Positions 50,310-60,848 of a stretch of DNA of 64,000 nucleotides are shown in pieces. Each line of letters starts with the position of its first letter. Within the stretch, counting starts at the first letter, position 1. The stretch lies in assembly GCA_018238625.1 (NCBI GenBank), contig JABCSY010000006.1:1-64000 (forward strand), in the 5' to 3' direction. The notes beneath the pieces are model-generated. The model worked only from the letters and a program-made list of their open reading frames with translations. It did not search any database and was not told where the DNA came from. Origin of the DNA: Promethearchaeota archaeon (lineage in GTDB: Archaea > Asgardarchaeota > Lokiarchaeia > Sigyniarchaeales > SOKP01). The position numbers and the translations under genes were made by a program.

Positions 50310-51176
50310 TTATTCGTTACAATCAATTGATTTTTGGAGGTTAATTTTAATGAAAGCTTCTTCTTGTCTGTTTCTTTGTTCTGATTTTACCGATCTGTTT
50401 ACTTGCGACAAAAACTTCATTGCGTTAGTTTTGCCTTCGTTAATGTTTTCAATTAATTCTTCTTTGCTTAAAGCTCCAGAAATAACTAGCGCCGTTTGAA
50501 ACGATTGGTCTGGTTCTAAAGTTTTGAATTCAATTTGCAAAGCCGATAAGATCTCTCCAGCCTCGCCGTGTAAAGTATTTGACAGATTCAACCTTTCGTT
50601 ATTGATTTTAAAGTCTTTCGTTAAACAAGTTTCGTAATTCGTCGATTTTGATATGGGAGAAAAACCAGCATATAAACCTGTATGATCGTATTGGTAAAGT
50701 ATATCGTTCTCTTCGTTATAACCAGATAAGTCGTTATCGAAACCCTCTAATCCGTTGACGTCAAAGTCAAACACAAAGTACATCGAGAAGTCAATTAAAC
50801 TGAAATCGGAAATATTCTTTAGCGTGAAAAAAGTGTTGACGTAAGGAACTTTTGGACGATTAAAAACGTCAATATACAAACGAATCGAAGAATGTTCCTT
50901 TTTAAATGTAATCGGTTGAATTTTCTTTTCTCTTATTAATATTTTTAAGTATTCTTTTACGTCAAAATCTAGCGTTATGCGGTCGATCACAGTTCCCGTC
51001 CGGCTGTTTACCATTTTATAGATCGGCGTTGGCTCAATATTTTTCAACACAACAGGAATAGTGCCAATTTTTTTGCCTATTAATTTAAAACTAAACCATG
51101 GCCCGGCAAACTGCTGTTCTGTCAAAAAGAGCAAATATTTTCCCTGATATGTTAATTCTTTTATCGAAAACCCCAT
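50310..51176 (-). CDS. Hypothetical protein
   Basis: 288-aa ORF; no recognised motif. Confidence 0.55.
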   Translation of the reverse strand: MGFSIKELTYQGKYLLFLTEQQFAGPWFSFKLIGKKIGTIPVVLKNIEPTPIYKMVNSRTGTVIDRITLDFDVKEYLKILIREKKIQPITFKKEHSSIRLYIDVFNRPKVPYVNTFFTLKNISDFSLIDFSMYFVFDFDVNGLEGFDNDLSGYNEENDILYQYDHTGLYAGFSPISKSTNYETCLTKDFKINNERLNLSNTLHGEAGEILSALQIEFKTLEPDQSFQTALVISGALSKEELIENINEGKTNAMKFLSQVNRSVKSEQRNRQEEAFIKINLQKSIDCNE

Positions 51177-51346
51177 TAAATAACCTGACTGATTTCAAGT
51201 AGCCAAAACATCGTTGAATAATACTTTTAATACTATTTTTTTACAACCTCCTTTATTTATTTCTAAATAAATATTTAACAAACTTGATGCTAGTCTTACA
51301 ATAATAAGAATATATACGAAAATTAAAAAAGTTTCTAGCGATTAAT

Positions 51347-52324
51347 TTACGCTTTTTCAATAAATCTGTAGGCAATATAAAGGAAAGCCTCGTTGACATT
51401 TTCGCCTGTTCGGGCAGAAGTCAAAATGTGGTGAAAGCCTAGTTGTTTGGCAACAACCTTTATTTCTTCTTCGCTAATAACTATTTCTTCTTGTAAATCC
51501 GATTTATTTCCAACTATCACGACGGGTATATCTCTCGATACAGAAGTTTTGATGTCCTTATACCATTTCTTAACGCTTTCTAGATTGTTTGGACGAGTTC
51601 TGTCAATTACAATAAAAGCTGCGCTTGCTCCTTCGTAAAATCTCTGTCTATAAGGTGCCATTGAGCCTATTTGACCCCCAATATCCCATAGGACGAAATT
51701 AATGTTTGTATCTTCGTTCATTACAACGGATTTTTTAGAGATCTCAACTCCAATAGTAGAGATATATTTTTCATTGAATTCGTTATCGACAAATCTCTTA
51801 ATTAATGAGGTTTTCCCCGTTCCATAATCGCCATTTAGAATGAGTTTTGCCGTAAATTGACCCTTCGGTAGCTTACCCTCCTTTCTTTTTGATAAAACTC
51901 GAATAATTTCTGGAATATCCGTAGAAACATTATCGAAACCATCGAGAATCAGTTCTACTTTACCGGCAATATATTCCGAATAAATTCTTAGTTCTGTATT
52001 TGAAGTAGTTGGATCAGCGATTGTAGTTAATATACAATGAGGTCCCATGGAACAATAAGCAAATTTTTTATCTTGCATTGAGGTTATATTAAAAAAATTG
52101 CTCTGGGTTTTATATTCACTTTTTATTCTGTCAATATAAACATCAAGAAATGCTGAAATTGCTCCAATTACTAAATTCGATTCGTGTCCTCCTTTTTCTT
52201 TACTCTCAGAGGCGATAATAAAACCATCTCTATCGCAAATTGTCACCGCTGCGGCACCATCTACATCGAACATGTAGTTTTCTAATAATGACTGAATTAA
52301 ATCGATATTGGGTAGACCTTCCAT
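51347..52324 (-). CDS. Roadblock-domain/Rab-like small GTPase fusion (start probably ATG 52324)
   Basis: AAAVTICDRDGFIIAS (roadblock), GDYGTGKTS, YISTIG, WDIGGQ, GNKSD, TSARTG. Confidence 0.85.
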   Translation of the reverse strand: MEGLPNIDLIQSLLENYMFDVDGAAAVTICDRDGFIIASESKEKGGHESNLVIGAISAFLDVYIDRIKSEYKTQSNFFNITSMQDKKFAYCSMGPHCILTTIADPTTSNTELRIYSEYIAGKVELILDGFDNVSTDIPEIIRVLSKRKEGKLPKGQFTAKLILNGDYGTGKTSLIKRFVDNEFNEKYISTIGVEISKKSVVMNEDTNINFVLWDIGGQIGSMAPYRQRFYEGASAAFIVIDRTRPNNLESVKKWYKDIKTSVSRDIPVVIVGNKSDLQEEIVISEEEIKVVAKQLGFHHILTSARTGENVNEAFLYIAYRFIEKA

Positions 52325-52481
52325 AGAATTCAACTTTGTTGGTAGCTTTCTTAAAATTATATTAGTTTTAAAAAATATAAATATAGCTATTAGAAAATTG
52401 TTACATGAAGTCATTTTTAAACTCTGAGTATCTCCATGACATAAACTTATTTATTTTCTAATTTGCATTGATTTTTGTAGA

Positions 52482-52634
52482 ATGGAAGAAAATTTTTTAA
52501 AGCACGAGGAAAACATAGCAAAAATTCTGAGTCGCGTAGTTTCCCTATGCAAACAAGCAGATCTTACGGACCTATCAAAAAAAGGAGAACAAGTTCTAAA
52601 GAACTACGACAAAGCAAAATCGTTAAGAAAATAA
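52482..52634 (+). CDS. 50-aa microprotein (paralog of 52764-52928)
   Basis: MEENFLKHEENIAKILSRVVSLCKQADLTDLSKKGEQVLKNYDKAKSLRK; aligns without gaps to its neighbour. Confidence 0.6.
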   Translation: MEENFLKHEENIAKILSRVVSLCKQADLTDLSKKGEQVLKNYDKAKSLRK

Positions 52635-52763
52635 TTTAACGGTTCAGAATTACTTTTTGTCGATTCTTAAGGAAGTTATCTCGTTTTATTCCAAAAACAA
52701 TATGTTTAGAGTTATATCACAATATTATTCTTTTTTTTATTCGAAGTATTTGTTCTATATTTT

Positions 52764-52928
52764 ATGATAGACAATATACATTTGGAAAACGACTTGTTTG
52801 AAGAAAAGCAAATTGAAAAAGTTTTATTTAGAGCCGTTGATCTCTTTAAAAAAACCGGACTAACAGAATTAGCTGAAAAATGGGACAGAATTCTGAAAAA
52901 TTATGTAGCAAAAAAAGAATTAGTTTAG
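52764..52928 (+). CDS. 54-aa microprotein (paralog of 52482-52634)
   Basis: MIDNIHLENDLFEEKQIEKVLFRAVDLFKKTGLTELAEKWDRILKNYVAKKELV. Confidence 0.6.
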   Translation: MIDNIHLENDLFEEKQIEKVLFRAVDLFKKTGLTELAEKWDRILKNYVAKKELV

Positions 52929-52988
52929 TATTCATTTTTTTAATTACTTTTTTCCAATATCTCTCAAATTTTATAGAAGCATGAAGGA

Positions 52989-54872
52989 TCATAAATTCTT
53001 CAAAACTTTAGATATATAATTACGTTGCTCATTTGTTATTCGATAGAGATCGAAAACAACTGAATTAATTTTATTTTGTAAATTAGTATAGTGTTCGGTA
53101 TCAAATTTATCTAATTTCAGGATGGTTTTGACGAGTATTATAATTTCTCTTGAAAGATTCTTTTCAATATCGATTTCAGGAACTACTATAGGCATACTCT
53201 TTAAATTCTCTATAAGAATCCTTGGGAATAATTTTTTATAAGAGCCAAATGATTTAATAAAGTAAAACGTTAATAGTTGCGAATTTAAAAGCCCTAGAAG
53301 GTAATAATTATTAAATTCTGTAATAGGAGATTTAAGTATTTTTAAGTTGTAAAGCGATTGCGAAGTCAATGAACCCTTATCATAAGTAGCACATATTAAG
53401 CTATTTTCTACTAACTGTCTTACTATTACGCGATTTTCGTAGCGATTCAACTCCTTATAATTAATGCCTTGTTTAGTCGTATCAATATATTTTAAATCTT
53501 TGACTTGGTATCGATTAATAGAATAGAGAAATGGTTTATATTTTTTTTTTAAATCGCCTTTAATACTTTTTATTATTATACATTCTATAGAATCTTTGCT
53601 TAATTCTGATTTACATTCTTTGCAAATATAATTATTTTTTGGAAGAGGAAAATATTTTTTACAAGTATTACAGAATATAACCTTTCCATTTTTACCTAAT
53701 TCAACGCCCCTCCATAGATCTATTTTAAAATTTGGATTAGCATTTAAATCATTTAATTCTGGAAAATTTATGTTCAAAAACTCGATAATTTCTCTATCCT
53801 GGTCATTTAAATTAATTAGAAATCGATAACTCCATTTTTCTATTATATTTTGACTGATTTTACTTGGCTCAGTTCGATTTTTATCATGTTTGATTTGAAT
53901 TAGGTTTGTTAATCTTTTGGTTTCATCAGATTCTTTTTGTAAAGTAATTACAATATTTGAAACGACGGGATCATCGAATTGAGGACCGCTATAATAAATC
54001 TCCCTTATTTTAGTTGACTCATATATATATCTCCTAAGAATCTTACGATTTGATAACACGAGTAAAGAATCTGGGATTATATATCCAAGTAAACCATTTT
54101 GCTTTAATATTTGAATTCCTATTTCGGTAAACAGTTGATAATAGTCATACTGTCCTTTATTGGTCTCCAAAGGGAGGTTTTCAATCATTTTTCTATAATC
54201 GTGTGGAATCGCTCGAATAAATAAATATGGGGGATTCCCAACTACATAGTCGTATTTATTATTAAAATTAAATTGAAGAGTATCTTTATTGAGAATATTA
54301 AATACGGGTATTAGGTAATCTTTATTTGATTCTAAAATTATTGTGATGAGTTCGAAAAGCGTATAATAAAAGTTGATTTGGCATAAAATACAAGCAATTG
54401 GATTTATGTCAATACCAAAGATATTCGCTTTAATTTTATTGATAATTTCTATCGCTTGTTTAGGCGTTAACTCTGGGTTCTCTTTCGAATTAATTTGCTT
54501 TTTTAATTTTTCTAAGAGAACTTTTACAGCTCTAATTAAAAAACTTCCTGAACCACAACTTAAATCTATTAATTTTTTATTTTCAATCTCTTGCCGTTCT
54601 GTGTAGCCAACTCTATTTAGTATGTAATCAACGATTTGAATGGGAGTGAAAAACTCGCCCATTGTTTTTCTTTGGGAATGAGGAATAATCTTTTCGTAAG
54701 ATTTCGCTAGGATATCCAAATCATGAATTTTTTTGGATTCAATCTTAGTTAAATTTTTGACTATATTATGGATGAAATCGTTTATTTCTTTATCTTTTAA
54801 ATCGATTCCATATCGTTTTATTAGGTTTGAAATTACTCGCTTATCTATTAGGAATTTTTGAAAATCGCTCAT
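52989..54872 (-). CDS. N6-adenine DNA methyltransferase (gamma class, TaqI/Eco57I-like)
   Basis: GEFFTP, DLSCGSGSFL, GIDIN, VGNPPY, C-terminal YLLGLLNS region. Confidence 0.88.
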   Translation of the reverse strand: MSDFQKFLIDKRVISNLIKRYGIDLKDKEINDFIHNIVKNLTKIESKKIHDLDILAKSYEKIIPHSQRKTMGEFFTPIQIVDYILNRVGYTERQEIENKKLIDLSCGSGSFLIRAVKVLLEKLKKQINSKENPELTPKQAIEIINKIKANIFGIDINPIACILCQINFYYTLFELITIILESNKDYLIPVFNILNKDTLQFNFNNKYDYVVGNPPYLFIRAIPHDYRKMIENLPLETNKGQYDYYQLFTEIGIQILKQNGLLGYIIPDSLLVLSNRKILRRYIYESTKIREIYYSGPQFDDPVVSNIVITLQKESDETKRLTNLIQIKHDKNRTEPSKISQNIIEKWSYRFLINLNDQDREIIEFLNINFPELNDLNANPNFKIDLWRGVELGKNGKVIFCNTCKKYFPLPKNNYICKECKSELSKDSIECIIIKSIKGDLKKKYKPFLYSINRYQVKDLKYIDTTKQGINYKELNRYENRVIVRQLVENSLICATYDKGSLTSQSLYNLKILKSPITEFNNYYLLGLLNSQLLTFYFIKSFGSYKKLFPRILIENLKSMPIVVPEIDIEKNLSREIIILVKTILKLDKFDTEHYTNLQNKINSVVFDLYRITNEQRNYISKVLKNL

Positions 54873-55113
54873 AAAGTTCGGTTTTAGGTATTATAAATCA
54901 AATTATTTTTATCAAATTATATTTCCATTTAATTTAATCTGAATAAAGTTTATTATTTAATATTTAATTATGAGTTCTTTAAAAATATGCAAATAAAATA
55001 TTCACATAAAACTTCTTATAGGTTGTTGAACCAATATTTATATAAAAATATTCAATATCTTCTTTGACACAAAAGGAAGAAATTAAAAATAATTAAGAAA
55101 TCCCTTAAAATTA

Positions 55114-56214
55114 ATGATTGCAAGCATATTTATTGTCGCTTACTTTACGATATGTTCTATTGGTTTAATATACGGATTATTTCACAGAGAAAATTACAAG
55201 CCTGAAGTAGGTTTTTTTATCGTAATTATGCTATATGTAGCGAGTGAAAGTGTTTACTTCATTTTATTTAATCTATCAGTCGAGACCTTTTTTGACGTAA
55301 ATTTAGCCCTGATATTATGGAGTGTATCGATCTTTGCTAGAGTAATATCAAATGGGACATGGTCTGCTATTCATAGTATGGAATTAAACAAATCTAGCCG
55401 AGTTAGATTTTTACCCGTTATTATATACATCTTATTGGGAGGGATTATACTTAGCTTATTGTTCAATCCCGTTTCGTTTTTAGTTACCCAGACTGAATTT
55501 GAGTACTATTACTTTTTCAGTAACCTCCCCTTATTAATTTCGATTGTTTCATTCAATGGGTTTATTGTAGTTATTTCTTGGATTACGCAAATAAAAGGAT
55601 ACAAAGATATTAACGATAGAAAGTTAGGTAAACTCTATTTCCTCTTCGTATTTCTCTTATGTTTAAAAATCCTATGGTATACTCTCTATATATTAACTCT
55701 AAATTCACTTTTTAAAATTCTACATCAAACGTTTTACATTATTTTTATAGGATTTGTAGTCTTTCTTGTAGTTAAGAAACCAAATGTGCTCGTAGTTTTC
55801 ACTAATAAAATATACGATTTTATTATTTTCCATAAATCTGGCATCTTACTATATTCTTTTAATTTCGAAAAACAATCAGAAGTCGATGAATCATTTTTAA
55901 AAGGGAGTATACTGATCGGAATTAATCACATTTTAGCTAATTTATCAAACGTCGAAAATCAGATAACCCTTATTAAGATGAGCGATCGAGCGATTGTTTT
56001 TAACTATAACAACCAATTAGGTTACGCAGTTTTACTAATCGCAAAACACAAAAATAAAATACTCGAAAGCGCAGTAGATAATTTTACGAATAAATTTGCC
56101 GAGATCAATAAAGATAGCTTAAAAAAGCTAGGTGGTCTAATTGATGTTTCAATTTTTAAAAATGCTCACGATCTAATCGAAGAATATTTTAGCCATTATT
56201 TAACTGGAAAATAA
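55114..56214 (+). CDS. 7TM protein with C-terminal longin-like domain
   Basis: Seven hydrophobic segments, then IFHKSGILLYSFNF...ILIGINHIL...GYAVLLI. Confidence 0.65.
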   Translation: MIASIFIVAYFTICSIGLIYGLFHRENYKPEVGFFIVIMLYVASESVYFILFNLSVETFFDVNLALILWSVSIFARVISNGTWSAIHSMELNKSSRVRFLPVIIYILLGGIILSLLFNPVSFLVTQTEFEYYYFFSNLPLLISIVSFNGFIVVISWITQIKGYKDINDRKLGKLYFLFVFLLCLKILWYTLYILTLNSLFKILHQTFYIIFIGFVVFLVVKKPNVLVVFTNKIYDFIIFHKSGILLYSFNFEKQSEVDESFLKGSILIGINHILANLSNVENQITLIKMSDRAIVFNYNNQLGYAVLLIAKHKNKILESAVDNFTNKFAEINKDSLKKLGGLIDVSIFKNAHDLIEEYFSHYLTGK

Positions 56215-56405
56215 ATAAAGCACCTACATTTTTACACAGATTTGTATCGTAATTTATGTTTTTAAAAGATTTTATCACATTTTTTTAGAAATACGTTCAG
56301 TAATTCTTAAAAACCAATAATTCTTCTCTATTTATAAGAATATTTTTTGATATTTCTAAGAAATCTCATAGTTTTTCTTATTTAAATTTTGAACCATTTT
56401 AAATT

Positions 56406-57554
56406 ATGAATTATACTACTTCCATATCGCTCATCATTGGCTATATTATTATATTATGTTTAAGTGCTATAACAATAATTCACATCATCCGATATCGAAA
56501 AAAATATGGAACGGAACTAATAGCTTTTTTGCTTGCGGCAACAGTTCTTACCGGGGGTATTATTTATTCAACATTATTCGTCTTTTCAGTTACTTTTTTC
56601 ATATCAAATGAAATCAACGTTTTATTCTGGAAACTATCACTTGTATCTGGGGTTATTTCACTAATAATATCTTCATTCGTGTATTCATTTTTTAACGAAT
56701 ATAAAAAAATTAAACCTTTTCCATTTCTATACTACACGCTCCTTCTTGGCATGTTGATTGGGGCTTTACTAACTCCTGATTCAATCGAATTAATTCTTGA
56801 TATCCCCCCTCCTTCGTCGTTTTCAGTTATAGATCCGGCTCTAATTAATTTTCGCTTTAACTTTATAACTGGAGCAATAATTATATTGTTGCAAAGTTTA
56901 ATCACGATTTATTATCTTTATATCGCTTCTTTAATTAATATCCGATCAAAAAAAAAGGAAGAAAGTTTGCCTTTAATATTAAATACTATTGTTTTTACGA
57001 TTCCCATATTAATGAATATTTATTACGTAATATTACAACAGACCATCTTTAGAGAGTTATACATAATTCTTATTTGGATAACATACTTTGCCGTTAATAT
57101 CATGCTAATTAAAAAACCAGAGATGTTTTTCGTTATACCAAATAGAATTTATTCAATTAATATTTATCACAAATCAGGCATCTTACTATATTCTTTTAAT
57201 TTCGATAAAAAATCAGATAAAAAAGATGAATCACCCATCTGGGGGAATATCCTTATAGGTCTAAATCATATTCTCAGCGAGTTTATTGGCAAAAAAGATA
57301 AAATTGACGTCATCCAAACAAAGAAATCGGATATCGTTGTTAAATATGAAATTGACTATGGATACGCTTTGGTAGTTATCACTAATAAAAAAAATAGCAT
57401 AATAGAAGACCTTATGCTAAACTTTTCGATTGAATTTAAAAGAAAATATGAGGCTGAGCTAACCGATCTTCAAGATATAAATCGGTTAATTAACGTTTCC
57501 GAATTCAGCGGCGCAAAAGAAATGGTTGAGAAAAACTTTCAATTGTATTTATAA
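56406..57554 (+). CDS. 7TM protein with C-terminal longin-like domain (paralog of 55114-56214)
   Basis: Same layout: IYHKSGILLYSFNF...ILIGLNHIL...GYALVVI. Confidence 0.65.
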   Translation: MNYTTSISLIIGYIIILCLSAITIIHIIRYRKKYGTELIAFLLAATVLTGGIIYSTLFVFSVTFFISNEINVLFWKLSLVSGVISLIISSFVYSFFNEYKKIKPFPFLYYTLLLGMLIGALLTPDSIELILDIPPPSSFSVIDPALINFRFNFITGAIIILLQSLITIYYLYIASLINIRSKKKEESLPLILNTIVFTIPILMNIYYVILQQTIFRELYIILIWITYFAVNIMLIKKPEMFFVIPNRIYSINIYHKSGILLYSFNFDKKSDKKDESPIWGNILIGLNHILSEFIGKKDKIDVIQTKKSDIVVKYEIDYGYALVVITNKKNSIIEDLMLNFSIEFKRKYEAELTDLQDINRLINVSEFSGAKEMVEKNFQLYL

Positions 57555-57686
57555 TCCAGAACATTCGCGAAATATGGAAATTACTAAATTATAGATATCT
57601 AAACATTTTTTAATAGGTGTAACTATAGGATTCATAAAGAAGTTATAATTCAATTAAAAAACTTTAAGATTTAACAATTTCATAAA

Positions 57687-57899
57687 ATGGAACAATTAGA
57701 AATTCAAGATAAAGAATGGGCGAGCGATTGGAAGGTTATCGTAGAAGTTTTTAACACAATAGATCACCTTAAAGGATTATTTGAAAGCTTTAACGTACCA
57801 TACTTGAGAGAAATACAACAAAAAGTTTTAATTTTAAATCTTGAAAAGTATGCCTGGTCTTTGCAAAATTATATTATAGAGAAATATTCTAGAGCGTAA
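57687..57899 (+). CDS. Small hypothetical protein
   Basis: 70-aa ATG-started ORF in its own intergenic space. Confidence 0.55.
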   Translation: MEQLEIQDKEWASDWKVIVEVFNTIDHLKGLFESFNVPYLREIQQKVLILNLEKYAWSLQNYIIEKYSRA

Positions 57900-58118
57900 A
57901 GCACGATAGCCCTTTTCTATTTGACTTTTCTTAGTTAAAAGAGAAATGTTGTAATATTAGACATATAATTATAAATTTAAATAAGTAGAATATGCTAAAT
58001 TTATATTTTGATATTGAAATAGTTTAAAATTGCTTATTTTTATATGTGAAAGAATCTAATACCTTATATAAATTTTAAAAATAAACAATAAAATAATTAA
58101 ATTATTGGTTTTAAAAAG

Positions 58119-59498
58119 ATGAATCAAAATAAAGATAGAAGTACTCAAGGATTTGGGGCGCTACAAAAGTGGAGTTTCGGTTCAATTTCGTTCGGACTAT
58201 TTTTTATTAATAGTGCATTTAATACATGGGTTTTTTCTTTTTATTATGTCGCTGTTGGCTTGGATATAGCGTTAATAATGTTAGCATATGTTTTGTGGAC
58301 AATTTGGAACGCAGTAAATGACCCACTAATTGGTTACTTTTCAGATCGTACACATACACGTTGGGGTCGACGAAAACCATATATAATGCTTGGATTAATA
58401 CCTGTTCTCATAATCGAGATAATTTTATGGTTGCCCCCTGTTGGTAATCAAATGCTAGGCTTTATCTATCTTCTTACCATGCTTATATGTTATGATACCT
58501 TCTATACTATGTTGGCATTACCTTCAGATTCATTATTTCCTGAATTGTATACATCTGTAGAAGAACGGGCACAAGTAAATACTATTAGACAAGTTTTATC
58601 TACAGTTGGGTTGATATTAGCTTTCTTAGTTCCAGGTTTTTTCATTGAAGAATTGGAAGAGATGTCTGGTTACCTAACAAATGGTATTGTTACATCGATA
58701 ATCGTAGGAATAACAATGCTTATTTTTCTAAAATGGGGTGCTGTTGAACGCGTAGAATTTAAAGAAGACTACAAACAAGCATTTTCCTTTTTTGGAGGAT
58801 TAAAATATGCTTTAAAGAATAAAGGTTTTGTATTCTATACACTCATGTTTTTCTTATATGAGTATGTCCTACTGGTGCTCGCAACAACCGTACCATTGTA
58901 TGGTAAACATGTTCTAGGCGTAGGTACATTTCCTACATCGATAATGTTAGGGCTGTTGTTTATCGTAGGAATTGTCACGGTAATAATTTGGAGGAAGTTA
59001 GATGTTAAACTTGGAAGCAAAAAAGGATATTTTATCTCAATTGTCGCATATTTTGTTGCTTCAATCCCATTGTTATTTATAGAGACATACGAAATAGCAT
59101 TAATTGTAGTATCTTTAATGGGCTTTGGATTTGGAGGCATGTTGTATTTCATTTACTTGATTATTGCAGATGTTATTGACGAGGATGAGTTAAAAACGGG
59201 CGTACGGCACGAAGGAATCTTCTTTGGAATTACAAATTTCTTCATGCGACTTTCAATGGTTCTTTCTATTTTAACTGTAGGGCTCGTATTCACAGCGTCG
59301 GGTTGGGGAGATTACCAACCTTCTCCAGGTGTAGATGAAATTTTTGGACTTAGATTATTAGTATTTCTGTTCCCAGCCATTGCACTAGGTCTAAACCTGA
59401 TTTGCTTAAAATTTTACCCCTTCTCAAAATCTAGAGTTGAAGATATTAAGCAACAAATCACGGAACTTCATAACCAGAAGAAAGAAAAAGTTACTTAA
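58119..59498 (+). CDS. MFS transporter, glycoside-pentoside-hexuronide (MelB-like) family
   Basis: WNAVNDPLIGYFSDRTHTRWGRRKPY, ADVIDEDELKTG, ~12 TM. Confidence 0.9.
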   Translation: MNQNKDRSTQGFGALQKWSFGSISFGLFFINSAFNTWVFSFYYVAVGLDIALIMLAYVLWTIWNAVNDPLIGYFSDRTHTRWGRRKPYIMLGLIPVLIIEIILWLPPVGNQMLGFIYLLTMLICYDTFYTMLALPSDSLFPELYTSVEERAQVNTIRQVLSTVGLILAFLVPGFFIEELEEMSGYLTNGIVTSIIVGITMLIFLKWGAVERVEFKEDYKQAFSFFGGLKYALKNKGFVFYTLMFFLYEYVLLVLATTVPLYGKHVLGVGTFPTSIMLGLLFIVGIVTVIIWRKLDVKLGSKKGYFISIVAYFVASIPLLFIETYEIALIVVSLMGFGFGGMLYFIYLIIADVIDEDELKTGVRHEGIFFGITNFFMRLSMVLSILTVGLVFTASGWGDYQPSPGVDEIFGLRLLVFLFPAIALGLNLICLKFYPFSKSRVEDIKQQITELHNQKKEKVT

Positions 59499-59570
59499 AT
59501 TAACTAAAAAATTATTTTAATATTCTTTTTTTTTATTTTTTTTAGGCTCAAGTTCTAATCTTAATATAAC

Positions 59571-60848
59571 TTATAGATTTTTTAAGGCTTGATCCAAATC
59601 TCTGATCAAATCACTAGGATCTTCTAAACCGACCGAAAATCTAAAGTGAGTATCAGACATTCCCATGGTTCGCTTTTCCCACGAAGCTAGATCAATTCCC
59701 GTCATAACGGCAGTATATTCTATTAATGAAGTCGTGTCTCCTAACGATACTCCAACTTTGATTAGTTTTAATAAATCGATAAACTTATAACTAGCATCCA
59801 TCGACTCCAATTCGAAGCCAATCATGCCACCAAAATCCGTCATTTGCTTTTTAGCGATTTTGTGACCCAAATCTGATTCTAAACCCGGGTAAACAACACT
59901 TGTCACTTTTGGATGTTTACTCAAGAATTCTGCTATTTTTATTGCACTTGAACTATGTCTTTTCATTCGCAAGCTAAGAGTTCTACATCCGCGCAAAATT
60001 AGCCATGCGCTAAACGGGCTTAAAACGGCACCTTGTGTTTCTAACCAGAAATACCGAATATTTTGTAGAGCGTTTTTAGGACCTATTATTGCTCCACCAA
60101 GGCAATCACCGTGGCCATTAATAAATTTAGTTAAACTTTCAATTACCAAATCAGCACCTAATTCTATTGGTTTTTGTAACGCTGGACTTGCGAATGTGTT
60201 ATCCACGATACATTTTCCACCTATTTCGTGAATAAGTTCAGCGCATTTCTGAATGTTTATTATGTCAATTGTGGGGTTTGCTGGCGTTTCAACAAATACA
60301 AACTTAGTTTGTTCGTCAATAGCCTTTTTGACAGCGTTTAAATCCCGCATATCAATTATTCTCGGTTCGTATCCCATTTGTGGGTATACATTTGTAAAAA
60401 GGCGATATGTTCCCGTGTATTGATTTTTATGCATAATAAAGTTTGGAATATGATCTGGTTTACTTTGAGGAAAATATTTAGAAAAATTTTTCGGTTTCAC
60501 TCTCTTAATCCGTTTTTGGAGGACGCTCGAACAAGCAAGATGAACAGCCGCCATCCCAGAAGCAACGGATATAGCATCTTCTCCCCCATGCAATGTCGCG
60601 AGTTTCTTATCCAAAGCAAACAATGTAGGATTTTCTGTTCTCGAATAAAAGTAATGGTGTTTTAAAAGCTCTGTTAGAGAGGAGTATACGTATGATTTAG
60701 TCGCATATAAAGGTACGCGTAAACTATGGGTAGTGCTAGGGTATGGATCTTCTCCAGCTCTGATTAGTTGTGAATCAAATTCTAAGTTATCCCACTTTTC
60801 TCTTAATTCTTTATTGATTTGATCTTGTGGTTTTTTTTCTGCCATCAT
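59571..60848 (-). CDS. PLP-dependent Cys/Met metabolism enzyme (methionine gamma-lyase/cystathionine gamma-synthase family)
   Basis: YSRTENPT, ASGMAA, ETPANP, VDNTF, SLTKFINGHGD, VSLG, RFSVGLE. Confidence 0.9.
   Translation of the reverse strand: MMAEKKPQDQINKELREKWDNLEFDSQLIRAGEDPYPSTTHSLRVPLYATKSYVYSSLTELLKHHYFYSRTENPTLFALDKKLATLHGGEDAISVASGMAAVHLACSSVLQKRIKRVKPKNFSKYFPQSKPDHIPNFIMHKNQYTGTYRLFTNVYPQMGYEPRIIDMRDLNAVKKAIDEQTKFVFVETPANPTIDIINIQKCAELIHEIGGKCIVDNTFASPALQKPIELGADLVIESLTKFINGHGDCLGGAIIGPKNALQNIRYFWLETQGAVLSPFSAWLILRGCRTLSLRMKRHSSSAIKIAEFLSKHPKVTSVVYPGLESDLGHKIAKKQMTDFGGMIGFELESMDASYKFIDLLKLIKVGVSLGDTTSLIEYTAVMTGIDLASWEKRTMGMSDTHFRFSVGLEDPSDLIRDLDQALKNL

Noticed and set aside
49098-54872. 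Complete restriction-modification or defence island
   Set aside because: Two methyltransferases are present but no recognisable endonuclease; they are interspersed with GTPase genes.
60430-60520. ~20-aa insertion in the PLP lyase as an in-frame intron
   Set aside because: A GTGAAA is present but no compatible intron stem or central helix was found; treated as a protein loop.
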